From the human T2T-CHM13v2.0 reference genome, Homo sapiens: DNA of 64,000 nt. Shown piece after piece: positions 1-13,160 of the stretch (position 1 is the stretch's first letter; every line of letters begins with the position of its first letter). A model generated the notes under the pieces. That model had not been told where the DNA came from. It saw only the letters and a list, made by a program, of their open reading frames with translations, and made no database searches. The translations under genes and the position numbers were made by a program. The stretch lies in assembly GCF_009914755.1 (NCBI RefSeq), contig NC_060926.1. One strand, 5' to 3'.

Positions 1-548
1 GCAGGCAGACACACAGGTGGCTGGACATGGCGAGAAGCACATCAGGAGGCACCAGCACACCAGCAGGCCACCCACCAGCAGAACGACATTTGGCTAGGGC
101 AGCCAGAGGAGAGCCCAGTCCACCTAGCGGTCCGACTCCAGGGGAAAACCATCTCCCTTCTGACTCCCCAATCTGCTGAGAGCTACTTCCACTCAGTAAA
201 ACCTTGCACTCATTCTCCAAGCTCATAAGTGATCCGATTCTTCCCATACACCAAGGCAAGAACCCTGGGATACAGAAAGCCTTCTGTCTTTACGATAAGG
301 CAGGGGTATAACTGAGCTAACACAAGCTGCCTATGCATGGCTAAACTAAAAGAGCACCCTGTAACACGCGCTCACTGGGACTTCAGGAGCTGTAAACACT
401 CACCCCTATACACTGTCATGGGGTAGGAGCCCCACAGCCTGCCCATCTGTATGCTCCCCTAGAGGTCTGAGCAGCGGGGCACTGAAGAAGTGAGCCACAC
501 CCCCATCGCACATCCAGCGAGGGGGACATAGGAGCTTTTTCCCTTTCA
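1..548 (+). mobile_element. ERV1 LTR, LTR1-family-like (5' part outside window)
   Basis: Matches recalled LTR1-type R/U5 sequence (ACTCCAGGGGAAAACCATCTCCC...GGATACAGAAAGCC...GAGCCACACCCC) and ends in TTTCA at 548. Confidence 0.7.
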
Positions 549-705
<157 letters not shown>

Positions 706-749
706 AAATTTTTTTTTAAATATATATATGTATGTATGTGCATATATAT

Positions 750-945
750 ATAATTTAATTGCATATATCCAAATTTTCATTCACTTTTAACATATAATTC
801 AATATAAAAATTGAGATTGTTTACCTTATTTTTTGTACTAAGTTTTTAAAATTTTACAGTACATCTCAATTCAGCCCAGTTATTAATATATTTCAAGTGC
901 TGAATAACCACCTGTGGCTAGTGACTACCATATTGTATAGTGTAG
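750..945 (+). mobile_element. MER33-like hAT-Charlie fragment
   Basis: CATCTCAATTC...TTTCAAGTGCTGAATAACCACCTGTGGCTAGTGACTACCATATTG terminal motif. Confidence 0.65.
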
Positions 946-1783
946 AACTAATTAATTAAAAAATCAATGTATTCCCTTTCAAAATTGAGATTCGGTTGCA
1001 ATAAAAACATAAAAAGCCCATGAATCACCTTCCTAGCTCCAGAGATGCTGTTCCAGAGGCTAGTCTGATAACAATTTTGTCTGCAGATATCATGCCCAAC
1101 TTGACTTCTTCAGCTCTGACCACTCTCCCTCTTCCCAGCAGCAGTGTCTGCGTGCTGGACATTTACACCTGAATGTCCTGCTCACAAAGCCTATTATTCA
1201 AAATGTCTAAAACCAAATTAACCATCTTTCTTCCAAAATAAAACAAATACATTTACCTCTTGATTTTCCTATTTCTATCAGTTACTTAAGATCAAAACTT
1301 CAGAGTCAACTTCTTCCTTTTTCTTTACTCTGCACAAGCACCAAATTCTGTTTATTCTTCTGTCACGATCTCTTGCTCACTGGCCCTTTTCTGCTTCTAA
1401 TTCTTCCTGCTGATCAGTCTAGCATGGTGTTACCAAATATATACACTTAATACACTAAATATAATGTCATTTATTTATCTTCAGTGGCTCTATAATGCCT
1501 TATACTTCAGCTATGAATTCAGGACCATGCACATCTTAAACCTACCCCCCATCTGGCCTATGTCATTCCAACCTTATCTTTCACCAATCTCCTAGAAAAG
1601 CCTTTCTTAAGGCAAACTATCCTATCCTCTATCTCATGAAAATGCCTTATATTTCCTCATCTCAGTGCTTTATGATTTTCTATCCACCTAGAATGCCCTT
1701 ATTTCAGTTTACCTATTCAAAGCATTAATTCAACAATATTTGTGTGTCAGGCATTGTGCTATGTACTGCAGGCAATATAAATA

Positions 1784-4559
1784 CAGGCATATCTTGTATA
1801 ATTATGCTTTGCTTGATCACACTTCACAGCTATTGCATTTTTTACAAATTGAAGGTTTGTGGCAACCCTGCATTGAGCAAGTCTATTGGCACCATTTCTC
1901 CAACAGCATGTGCTCATTTCATGTCTCTGTTACATTTTGGTAATTCTTGCAATATTTCAAACTATTTCATTATTATTATATCTGTTATGAGCTGTGATCA
2001 GTGATCTTTGATGTTACTATTGTAATTGTTTTAGAGTACCATGAACCATATCCATATAAAACAGCTAATTTAATTGATAAATGTTATGTGTGTTCTGACT
2101 GCTCCACTGACCTGGCTTTCCCTGTCTATTTCCCTCTCCTCAGGTTCCCCTACTCCCTGAGACAAAACAATAATGAAATGAGGCCAGTTGATTACCCTAC
2201 AATGGCCTCTACGTGTTCAAATGAAAGGAATAGTTATATATATCTCATTTTAAATCAAAAGCTAGAAAAGATTAAGCTTAGTGAGGAAGGCCTTTTGCAA
2301 GCTGAGATAGGACAAAACCTAGGCCTCTAGCACTAGTCAACTTGTGAAATGCAAAGGAAAAGTTCTTAAAGGAAATTAAAGATGCTACTCCAGGTTGAGT
2401 GCTATGGCTCACACCTGTAATCCCAGCACTTTGGGAGGCTGAGTTGGAAAGATCACTTGAGCTCAGGAGTTCAAGGCCAGCCTGGGCAACATGGTGAAAC
2501 CCCATCTCTACAAAAAATACAAAAATTAGCCAGGCATGGCAGTGAATGCCTATAGTCCCAGCTACTTGGGAGGCTGAGGCCAGAGAATCACTTGACCCAG
2601 GTGAAGGTTCAGTGAACCGTGACCACACCACTGCACTCCAGCTTGGGTGACAGAGTCTCCCTGTCTCACAAAAAAAAAAAAAAAAAAAAAAAAAAATGCT
2701 GCTCCAGTGAATACATGAATGAAAAGAAAGTGAAATAGCATTACTGATATGGAGAAAGGTTTAGTGGTCTGCATAAAAGATAAAACCAGCCACAATATTC
2801 CCATAAGCCAAAGCCTAATCCAGAGCAAGGCCCTAACTTTCTTTGACTCTATGAAGGCTCACAGAGATGAGGTAGCTGCAGAAGAAAAGTGAAGCTAGTG
2901 GAGGTTGGTTCATGAGGTTTAAGGAAAGAAGACATCTCCATAGCATAAAAGTACAAAGCAAAGCAGTAAGTGCTGATGGAGAAGCTGTAGCATCGAGTTA
3001 TCCAGAAGATCCAGCTAAGATCACTGATGAAGGTGGTTACACTAAAAAACAAACTTTCAATGTAAATAAAACAGCTTTCTATTGGAAGAAGATGTCATCT
3101 AAGACTTTCATAGCCAGAAAGGAGAAGTCAATGCCTGGCTTCAAAGCTTCAAAGGACAGGCTGACTCTCCTGTTAAGGGCTAAGGCAGTTGGTGACTTTA
3201 AGTTGAAGCCAGTGCTTATTTACTATTCCCAAAATCCTAGGGCCCTTAAAAATTATACTGAATCTACTCTGCCTATACTCTATAAATGAAACAACAAAGC
3301 CTGGATGACAACACATCTGTTTATAGCATGGTTTACTGAATGTTTTAAGCCCACTGTGGAGACCTAATGCTCAGAAAAAAGAATTCCTTGCAAAATACTA
3401 CTGCTCACTGACAATATACCTTGTCACTCCAGAGTTCTGATGGAAATGTACAAGGATATTAATGTTGCTTTCATGCCAACTAACACAATATCCATTCTGC
3501 AGCCCTTGGATCAAGAAGTAATTTCAACTTTCAAGTCTTATTTAAGAACTACATTTCGTAAAGCTATAGCTGCCATAAATAGTAATTCCTCTAGTGGATC
3601 TGGGCAAAGTAAACTGAAAACACTCTGGAAAGGATTCACCAATCTACATGCCATTAAGAACATTTGTGATTCATGGGAGGAGGTCAAAATAATAACATCA
3701 ATAGGAGTTTGGAAGAAGTTGATTCTAATGGATGATAAGGGGTTCAAGACTTCAGTGGAAAAAGTAACGGCAGATATGGTGGAAACAGCAAGAGAACTAG
3801 AATTAAAAGTGGGGCCTAAAGATTTAGTCTGAATTGCTGCAATCTCATGATAAAACTTGAACAGATGAGGAGTTCCTTTGTAGGGATGAGCAAAGAAAGT
3901 AGTTTCTTGAGATGGAATCTACTCGGGGTGAAGACAGTGTGAACACTGTGGAAATCACAACAAAGAATTTAGACATAATTTAGACAACAAAGAATTTAGA
4001 CATAATTTAGACAACAAAGAATTTAGACAAAATTCTAAATATTAAACAAAATATTTAGAATATTACATACACTTAGTTGATAAAACAGTGGCAGGATCTG
4101 TGAGGACTGACTGATTTTGAAAGTTCTACTGTAGGTAAAATGCTATCAAACAGCATCACATGCTACAGAGAAATCTTTCATGAAAGGGAGAGTCAGTTGA
4201 TGATGCAAACTCCATTGTTGTCTTATTTTAAGAAACTGCCACAGCCACTCCAACCACCACCCTGATCAGTCAGCAGCCATCAACACTGAGGTAAGACCCT
4301 CTGCCAACAAAAAGATTATGACTCACTGAAGGCTCAGATGACTGTTAGCATTTTTTAGCAAGAAATTACTTTTTAATTAGGTTTGTACACTGTTTTCTTA
4401 GACATAATGCTATTGTACACTTAAGAGACTACAGTATAGTGTAAACATAACTTTTATATGCACTGGGAAACCAAAAAAATTGTGTGACTCACTTTATTGC
4501 AATATTTGCTTTACTGCAGTGGTCTCAACCAAACCTACAACATTTCTGAGGTGTGCCTG
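1784..4559 (+). mobile_element. Full-length Tigger1 (TcMar/pogo) DNA transposon with decayed transposase
   Basis: TA at 1782-83 and 4560-61; TIRs CAGGCATATCTTG / CTGAGGTGTGCCTG; transposase remnants from ATG 2202 (MAST..LNQKLEKIKLSEEG) and ORFs 2912-3289 ([26 protein letters not shown]) and 3440-3832 (PTNTISILQPLDQEVI). Confidence 0.95.
2393..2696 (+). mobile_element. Alu (J-like) inserted into the Tigger1 transposase ORF
   Basis: Dimeric Alu with long A tail; TSD ATGCTACTCCA / ATGCTGCTCCA. Confidence 0.93.
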
Positions 4560-5195
4560 TAATCGTAATCTCAGTTTCCCTCACTTTAAGAAATCTTTCT
4601 GACTATGCCCAAACAGAAGTGTTTTTGCATTACTGAGTTGTTCTCATATGGCATATAGTCTGTAACACTCATTGAGCCCTCACAATTTACTGCCTTGTAG
4701 GGGTAATTATCAGCTTTTTCTGTAAATATCTATCTTTCCAAATAGGGTGGATTCCCTGAAAGCATAGACGAGAATCATACCAATATGATCTCCCTGGTGC
4801 TCAGTAAGACACAGGTACTGATCTGCATTTGCTGGATGACAAGTATGAAAAAGAGGGAAGGAACTGTGGAGCAGGAGGAGGGCCCCACCTAGGAAAGAAT
4901 CCTCACCCCCACCCAGTGACAGCAGGCAAATCAGGATCAGAGGTAAGTAGGAAGGGCCTGCAAGAACTCCAAGGCTACTAAAAGCATATGGAAAGTTTCA
5001 CTCTTCCAATTCCATTTGCAATGAAATTCAGAATCAGCAACACTTAAGTCAGGATCGGTTACCCTAGCTTTTGGACCTCTACAACATGAGTTAGGTCATC
5101 AGCTTTAAAAACCCTTTCTTAATTCTAAATGAAAATAATACCACTGGTGATATTTAAGAAACACACATAATATCAGATTTAAAAAGAAAACTCAC

Positions 5196-5338
5196 CACAT
5201 GTTGTGTTCAAAAACTTTGGCTGGGTCAGTTAAAATCCTTGATCCCAGAGGGGCCACTGGGTGGTAACCACTTTGGTATCTGTGTGGCACCTTTCCTAGC
5301 CTTAGACAAGAAATGGAATTTCTCCAAATCATATTCAT
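5196..5338 (-). CDS. METTL8: METTL8 first coding exon (whole exon 5196-5350 incl. 12 nt 5'UTR); N-terminus of the mitochondrial tRNA m3C32 methyltransferase
   Basis: Reverse strand translates MNMIWRNSISCLRLGKVPHRYQSGYHPVAPLGSRILTDPAKVFEHNM(W), recognised as the METTL8 N-terminus; acceptor CTTTTTAG before 5350; donor GTGAG after 5196 (phase 2). Confidence 0.95.
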
Positions 5339-5912
5339 CCTAAGCAGTACCTAAAAAGTTACAAATGATTAATTAGTCAACATAGATTAAACAGTGTATT
5401 GTTTATCTAATACCCAAAACCTGGTTCTAAAGGTTTTCAATCTGAGAATGCACATGAAAACTAGAAACTTTTTAATGAAAGATGAGCATAACAGCTTCTC
5501 TCCTGAAGTATATTCAGGCCAAGAGATGGGAGAGAAATATTTAGGGTGGGCAACACTGGCTGGCATTTTTTTGAAGCCATAGCCTTGACCAACTTTGCTT
5601 TGTTCGATATTTTATTTGCTTATTTAATTTTTAGCACATGATCAAAGCATGTCTGAATTTGTGTACTAAAGACAGATTTTTTTTAAAGTAATTTTATTTT
5701 TTGGGGGGTAATTCTAGGAAAATATATTTCTAGGAAATATTTTGTGACCACTAGACAAAAATCCCAAGTATGGCAGAAGAATAAGAAAACAAACCTGTAA
5801 CTCTCATTCTCCGTGCTGAACTGAATAATATGAAAATCAGTCAAATAAATAAATATTAAGACAGAATCTTAGCAATTATTAATTCTAACAATCCTGTATA
5901 CATATATTTTTA

Positions 5913-6280
<368 letters not shown>

Positions 6281-6291
6281 TGCATGCTTAA

Positions 6292-6579
6292 GGCCAGCTG
6301 CAGTGGCTCATGCCTATAATCCCAACATTTTGGGAGGCCAAGGTGAGAGAGTTACTTGAGTCCAAGAGTTAGAGACCAGCCTGGGCAACATAGTGAGACC
6401 GTTTCTTCAAAAAATAAAAAAAAATTAGGGGTGATGGTGCACATCTGTGGTTCCAGCTACACGAGAGGCCAAGCCTAGAGGCTGAAGCTGTAGTGAGCCA
6501 TGATCATGCCACTGCATTCCAGCCTGGGTCATAGAGCAAGACTCTGTCTTATAAAAAAGCAAAAAAAAAAAAAAAAAAA
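6292..6579 (+). mobile_element. Alu (J-like), internally deleted right arm
   Basis: Alu motifs, A tail, followed by GCATGCTTA. Confidence 0.9.
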
Positions 6580-9143
6580 GCATGCTTATACCCTAGCTCA
6601 AGAGGAGAATCATCTGCTGATTAGCCCAAATCCATCTCCATTTCTGGAAGAATAACAAGCATTTAAAGAGTATGTCATCTTAATTATGTACTTGTAAATA
6701 TGTCACTTTAAAATCTTTATGGAAAAGTATTAAAAAGAAGCTCTAAGGTGCTTACTTTTTCCAATAAGAAACCATTGTAATACTGCTTGACATTTCAGTT
6801 GTTCATCACAACATTCAGCCTAATGCTGTCAGCTGTCAGGTGGAAACAGATGCTAAAAGGTGTGTGTATGTAATATGCATCACAGATCATTGGAGGTGCT
6901 ATTAGGCGTAAAAATGCCATATACTGTGCACTCTTTACCACCCTACTGAAAATGAATAGGTTTAAGACTGTGAATTCCAAAATGAACTGCAGAATGTCAA
7001 AAACAGCTCTTTGTACTTTTAAACATAAAATTCAAGATTTTCCTTTTGGAAAAAAAAAGTGGGGGCATAGTTATACATACCAACAAGACTGTAATGGTTC
7101 CATTCAAATGTGACTTAACAGTGATAAGAAATGAAACCTTCAACAGCAAGTGCAGATGCTCCTGTTTCTTATTTGTTTTCCTTCTCCAGTAAATGCAAGC
7201 TCTTTGGTGGAGGCAAATGAAATGAAATGCTCCACCTACCACCACCTTTACCCTGATGTGCCTTTGTTCTTTTTGCCTGCCAATGTTCCACATAAGACTA
7301 TCAGTGTTCTATAAAACCCTACCTGCAAAATTATTTTTAGAGCTCTTTCTGCAGTGAATAGTATTCATAAAATCTTTTGTATGCTGAAGAGTAGAAATTG
7401 ATTACACCTAGAAAGAGAGGCAATTCATGCTCAAAAGTATAAAATGATGTAAATGTTTCCTACCCAGGAAAGGCAAATCAAAATGGAATTTCAATCCTTT
7501 AAATAATCACGTGATACTTATCTATACTCATCTATATATAGAAGAGGGAAAAAAAAAAAGTAAGAGTTTCTCTCACTATAAATGACCAAGAGCCTCTGTA
7601 GACAGAGACAAAAAGATACAACCAGATTGGATTATTAGGCAATTCAGGAAAATGTCAGAGAAATGTGAATCTTGCAGGCTGCTAGTCCGTGGAGAAAGCA
7701 TGGTGTGGCCAGGGTCTAAATATGTGGCAATTTCCCTACTTAGGCAGCTGTTTCTTTAATTAACCACACAAACATCTTTATTTCACTTGCTTATCTATAA
7801 CAGTTATGCACAGCCTTGCATTGCTATTTATCTTATTACATAAATATATAACAACTGTATATAGGAGATAATATAAATACATAATAAAATTATATAAATG
7901 CCTTCTTACTTAAATTGCAAGCTTCTAGAGGCAGCACCAGGCTGCTCATGAATTGTTTGACTGATTACATAAAAATGGTATTTGTCTGACATAAATCTAA
8001 TTGGATGGAAGTTACTTCATATTTTCCAGGGTGGATCCTAATTAAGATCCTTGCAGTGCGAAGGAAGTGATAGAAGAATGTGACAATGTACAGGTAGCTA
8101 TCCAATTAAATTAACTACGATGATTAACAAATATGTGCTTTGTATTATTACTACCACGTTAGCCTAAGGTTTGCTGGTCATGGTTCAATTTTGTGGGAAA
8201 AGAAGGGCAGGGCCAGCCCCAAATAAAATTGTGGTAGAAAAAGTAGGTTTCTGCCACCAGAATGACCCAATCCCTTTATGTACCTTCTCTTAGCTCTCTT
8301 TTGGCATACTCTAATTTGAATACCAGTTTAACTCAGATAATTGCACAACAAAACTGTGTGAATAAGTAGTATTTTTATTTGAAACAACACAAAGAGGTAC
8401 AGTTTAAAATATTCCATTCATCCAAAAGAAGGCAAGAAAGGAAGAACAGAGGAATGAAAAACAAATAGGACAAATAGAAAACAAATACCAAGATAGCATA
8501 TGTAAACCCAACCATATCAATACTTACAATAAATATAAATGGGCTCCAATTAAAAAGCAGATTATTAACTTGGATTAAAAAAAGTAAGACCCAGCAATAT
8601 ACTGTTTATAAGGCAAGCACTTTAAATATAAAGAAACAAATAGATTAACGTAAAAAAAGGTATACTATGCAAACACTGCATAAGAAAGCTGGTGGGGCTA
8701 TATTAATAGACAAAGTAGACTTCAATGAAAAGACTATTATAGAGATAAAGAGGGGCATTTAATAATGATAATAAGCCAATTCATCAAGACAACATAGCAG
8801 TCTTAACTATGCATGTACCTAATAACAAAGCTGTAAAATAAATAAAGCAAAAAGACAGAATTTTCTAAAAGGAGAACTTAACAAATTCACAGTAATACTT
8901 GGAGATTTTAACAACCCTTTTCCAGTAATAAATAGAAAAATAACCAGCGACAAGCTATCTAAAAATCAAAAAGGATAAAGAAGATTTGAACATTATTAAC
9001 TTGACCTAGATGACATTTATAGAAAGAACATCATACAGCAATAGCAAGAATACACATTCTTTTCAAATGAACATGGAACATTCACCAAGGTAGACCATAC
9101 GCTGGGCTATAAAACAAGTCTCAATAAATAGATAAATTTGGCT

Positions 9144-9455
9144 GGCCAGGCACAGTGGCTCATGCCTGTAATACCAGCACTTTGGGAGTCCGAGGCGGGC
9201 AGATCACCTGAGGTCAGGAGTTTGAGACCAGCCTGGCCAACATGGTGAAACCCCATCTCTACTAAAAATCCAAAAAAAAATTAGCTGGGTATGGTGGCGG
9301 GTGCCTATAATCAGCTGAGGCACAAGAATCACTTGAACCCAGGAGGCGGAGGTTGCAGTGAGCCGAGATTGTGCCACTGCACTCCAGCCTGGGTGACAGA
9401 GTGGGACTCTGTCTCAATGAATAAATAAATAAATAAATAAATAAATAAAAATAAA
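9144..9455 (+). mobile_element. Alu (S-like) with (AAAT)n tail
   Basis: Dimeric Alu sequence. Confidence 0.93.
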
Positions 9456-10004
9456 TCCCAAAGTATTAAAATCATACAGAGTGTGCTTTTTGACTATAAT
9501 AATATTAAATGTTAATATTTTGATGAATTAACTTGTATTAATAAATGTCCCTTCTTATCTCTGGTAACAGTCATTTTCTTGAGGTCTACTTTGTCTGATA
9601 TTAATACAGCCCTACCAATTGTCTAATGTAATGTCATGTATGGCATGCTGTGTATCTTTTAAAAAAATTTTAGTCTATTTGTGTGCTTTTCTAATAGGCA
9701 GTGCTTTTCTAATAGGCAGCATATTGTCAATCCTTGCTTTTGTATCCAAATTCAAAATAATAATAAGATAGCTACAAAAATTTCCAAATGTTAAGGAATT
9801 AAGCAACACAGCTATAAATAACCTATGAGTAAAAGAACAAATCTGAAGAGAAATTAGAAAATATGTTGAACTGAATGATAACAAAATCTGAAAATATCAA
9901 AATGTATGGGATGCAACTAAAGCAGTGTATAGAGAGAAATTTATAGTTTTACATATTTTTATTACAAAAGAGAAAGATGTCAAATCAATAATCTCAGCTT
10001 CTAT

Positions 10005-10315
<311 letters not shown>

Positions 10316-10385
10316 TAGACCCAAAGTAAGTAGAAAGAAGGAAATAATAAAAAATAAAAACAGAAAGCAATGAAATAGAAAACAG

Positions 10386-10503
10386 GGCCAGGCATGGTAG
10401 TTCACGTCTGTAATCTCAGAGCTTTGGGAGGGAGGTCAAGGTGGGCAGATGGCTTGAGGCCAAGACTTTGAGACTAGCCTAGGCAAAATAGTGAGACCCT
10501 GTC

Positions 10504-10535
<32 letters not shown>

Positions 10536-10731
10536 CAACATCAACAACAACAAAAAACTTCAAACAAACAAAATTAGCCAGTGCCTGTAGTCCCAGCTAC
10601 TTGGGAGGCCAACGAGGGAGGATCACTTGAGTTCAGGAGTTCAAGGCTGCAGTGAACTATGATCATGCTATTGCACTGCATTCTGGGCGACAGAGCAAAA
10701 CCCTGCCTCAAAAAAAAAAAAAAAAAAAAAA
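10386..10731 (+). mobile_element. Alu (J-like) with expanded central A/CAA tract
   Basis: Two Alu arms separated by ~65 nt of A-rich sequence. Confidence 0.9.
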
Positions 10732-13011
10732 GAGAGAGAGAGAGGGAAGGAGGGAAAATGAGCAAAGCAGGGAAAAATCAAAGTCAAAAGTTAGTTCTTT
10801 GGAAAGATTAATAAAACTGATAAACTTCTGGCAAGACTGATATCAAACATGTGTTTCACAAAACACAAACTTCCAATAATAGGAATGAAAAATGAGATAT
10901 CACCACAGACCTTACAGACATTGAAAAGCTAATACTGGGATATTATGGACAATTTTATTGCATTCATTAGATGGGACAAAGTCCTTGAAAACCATAACTT
11001 ACCAATAATAACAAAATAACACAAGAGAAAATCTGAATAGCCCTAAATTTATTAATTACATTTGTAATTAAAATCAAAACAAACAGCACACCTAATAGGA
11101 TGGCTGGTATTTAAAAACAGCAACAACAACCCAGAATATAACAAGTATTGGTGAGGATGTGGAGAAATTAGGAAATTGGAGCCCTTATTCATTGCTATTG
11201 GAACATAAAATGATACAGCAGCTATGAAAAAACATTATGGTGAATCCTCAGAAATTAAACATACAATTACCATATGATTCAGCAATTCTACTTCTGGGTA
11301 TATACCCAAAAGAAGTGAAAGCAGAGACCAAAGAGATATTTGTACACCCATATTCATAGCAACATCATTCACAATAGACAAAAGGTAGAAGCAACCCACG
11401 TGTCCATTGAAGATAAATGGATAAACAAAATGTGATACATACATACATATATATGTACAATGGAACATTATCCAGCCTTAAAAAGAAAGGAAATTTTGAC
11501 ACATGGTACAACCATGGATGAATCTTAAAGATATTATGCTAAGTGAAATAAGCTAGTCATAAAAGGATAGATATTGTATGATTCCTCTTATATGAGGTTC
11601 CTAGAGTAGTCAAACCGATAGAGACAGGAAGTGGAGTGGTGTTTGGCAGAGGTTGGGGAAGGGGGAATGGGGAATTAAGTTTTTAATGGATAGGGGAGGG
11701 GCGAGAGGAAACGGGGAGACGTAGATCAAAGGATACAAAGTTGCAGATATGTAGGATGAACACGTCTACAGATCTAATGTACAATACGAGGACTACAGTT
11801 AATAATATTGTATTATATTTGGGACTTTTGCTGAAAGAGTAGATTTCAGGTACACTTGCCACACATACACACAAAGGTAACTATGTGAGAAGATACAATT
11901 GTTAATCTGCTTGCCTATGGCAACCACTTCACTGTGTATATGTACATTAAAACATCTTCTTGTGTACCTTATATATACAATTAAAGAAGAGAAGCTAGAT
12001 ACCAAAAAAGTAAAAAATAAATAGATAAAGAGTTTCATTTAGGGAAGATGAAAAAGTTCTGGAAATGGATGAAGTATGAAGAAGGCAACAAAAATTTCCA
12101 CAAATCCTGATAAGGTGTTTCAGTTTTTTAAAATTTACTATGTGAAAAATCTGAAAACGTGGTCCTGACCCTTCACTTAACTCAAATTAATGTCACATCA
12201 AAGGTATATATTGTACCAACTTTGCCCACAGGTTCCCATTTTCAGCTCACCATCCTATGAAGGTCCTTCCTCTTGAATCCTAAGAAGGCCAAAATGAAAC
12301 AGAACAAGCAAGACTTTAGGGCCATGCTCCTATGAGATCTTAATGCCAAGGCTCAGTCATGAATAGGCAATGGTTAAAGCAATCACTAAGGAACAGACGA
12401 GAAAGGAAATGAAGCTCATTCAAGTATTAGATTGACAGTGTCATTAAAAATTGCATTTATTATGCTACCAAGTATAAAGAGGCATACCAAGAAAAGCTGA
12501 CAGACTTCCTGCCAGCTCTAGGTGTAGGTAGGTATGTGTCTATTTTAGAATGTAAGGAAAAGAACAAATGTATAAAAGGACTTGGGTTCAGCATACATAG
12601 TAACCATGACAAGCCAAGGAGAAGGTGGTTTTAATAGTTACCAGTTTCCTGAGCAGACTACCACCACAATGAGCATAGTGGCAAAAGCAGCAGCCTTGAT
12701 ACAGAAGGCCAACTTATGGGGAGCAGATCTCTCCCCAGCTACAAATTTTGGCTAGATGCTTTGCCTACCACTAAAATGGGATCCTTTTCACAATGATTCA
12801 TACATCTGCCTGACCATATCAACAAACTATAACATATGCTACAGGAATAGGTAAAATGTATGTAATGCACATGACAAAATACCTCTTAACTGCAAATTTT
12901 GCTTTTGGGGAGCAATAGTTTTGAGTAATACTTTTTTTTAAAGAAGGATTTTAATAAAAGGAAAGACTCCATAGTATATTTTGCAAATTGAAAAAATATT
13001 TTGGAAAGTAA

Positions 13012-13160
13012 AGGCTGAGCACAGTGGTTCATGCCTGTAATCCCAGCACTTTTGGAGGCTGAGGCAGGAGGATTGCTTGAGCCTAGGAGTTTGAGAACAG
13101 CCTGGGCAACATAGAGAGACCTCATCTCAAAATAAAAATAAATAAATAAAAGGAAATAAA
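13012..13160 (+). mobile_element. FLAM / Alu left monomer
   Basis: Single Alu arm plus A-rich tail. Confidence 0.85.

Noticed and set aside
2202-3832. Transposase ORFs as a domesticated TIGD-like gene
   Set aside because: Broken by an Alu, stops and frameshifts; no continuous frame.
3957-4029. 27-bp repeats (and the 16-bp repeats at 32080) as a CRISPR-like array
   Set aside because: Contiguous tandem units without spacers, inside primate repeats; no cas genes.
6590-8380. Repeat-poor stretch as a hidden exon or enhancer
   Set aside because: No convincing paired splice sites or motif cluster; conservation cannot be judged from one sequence.
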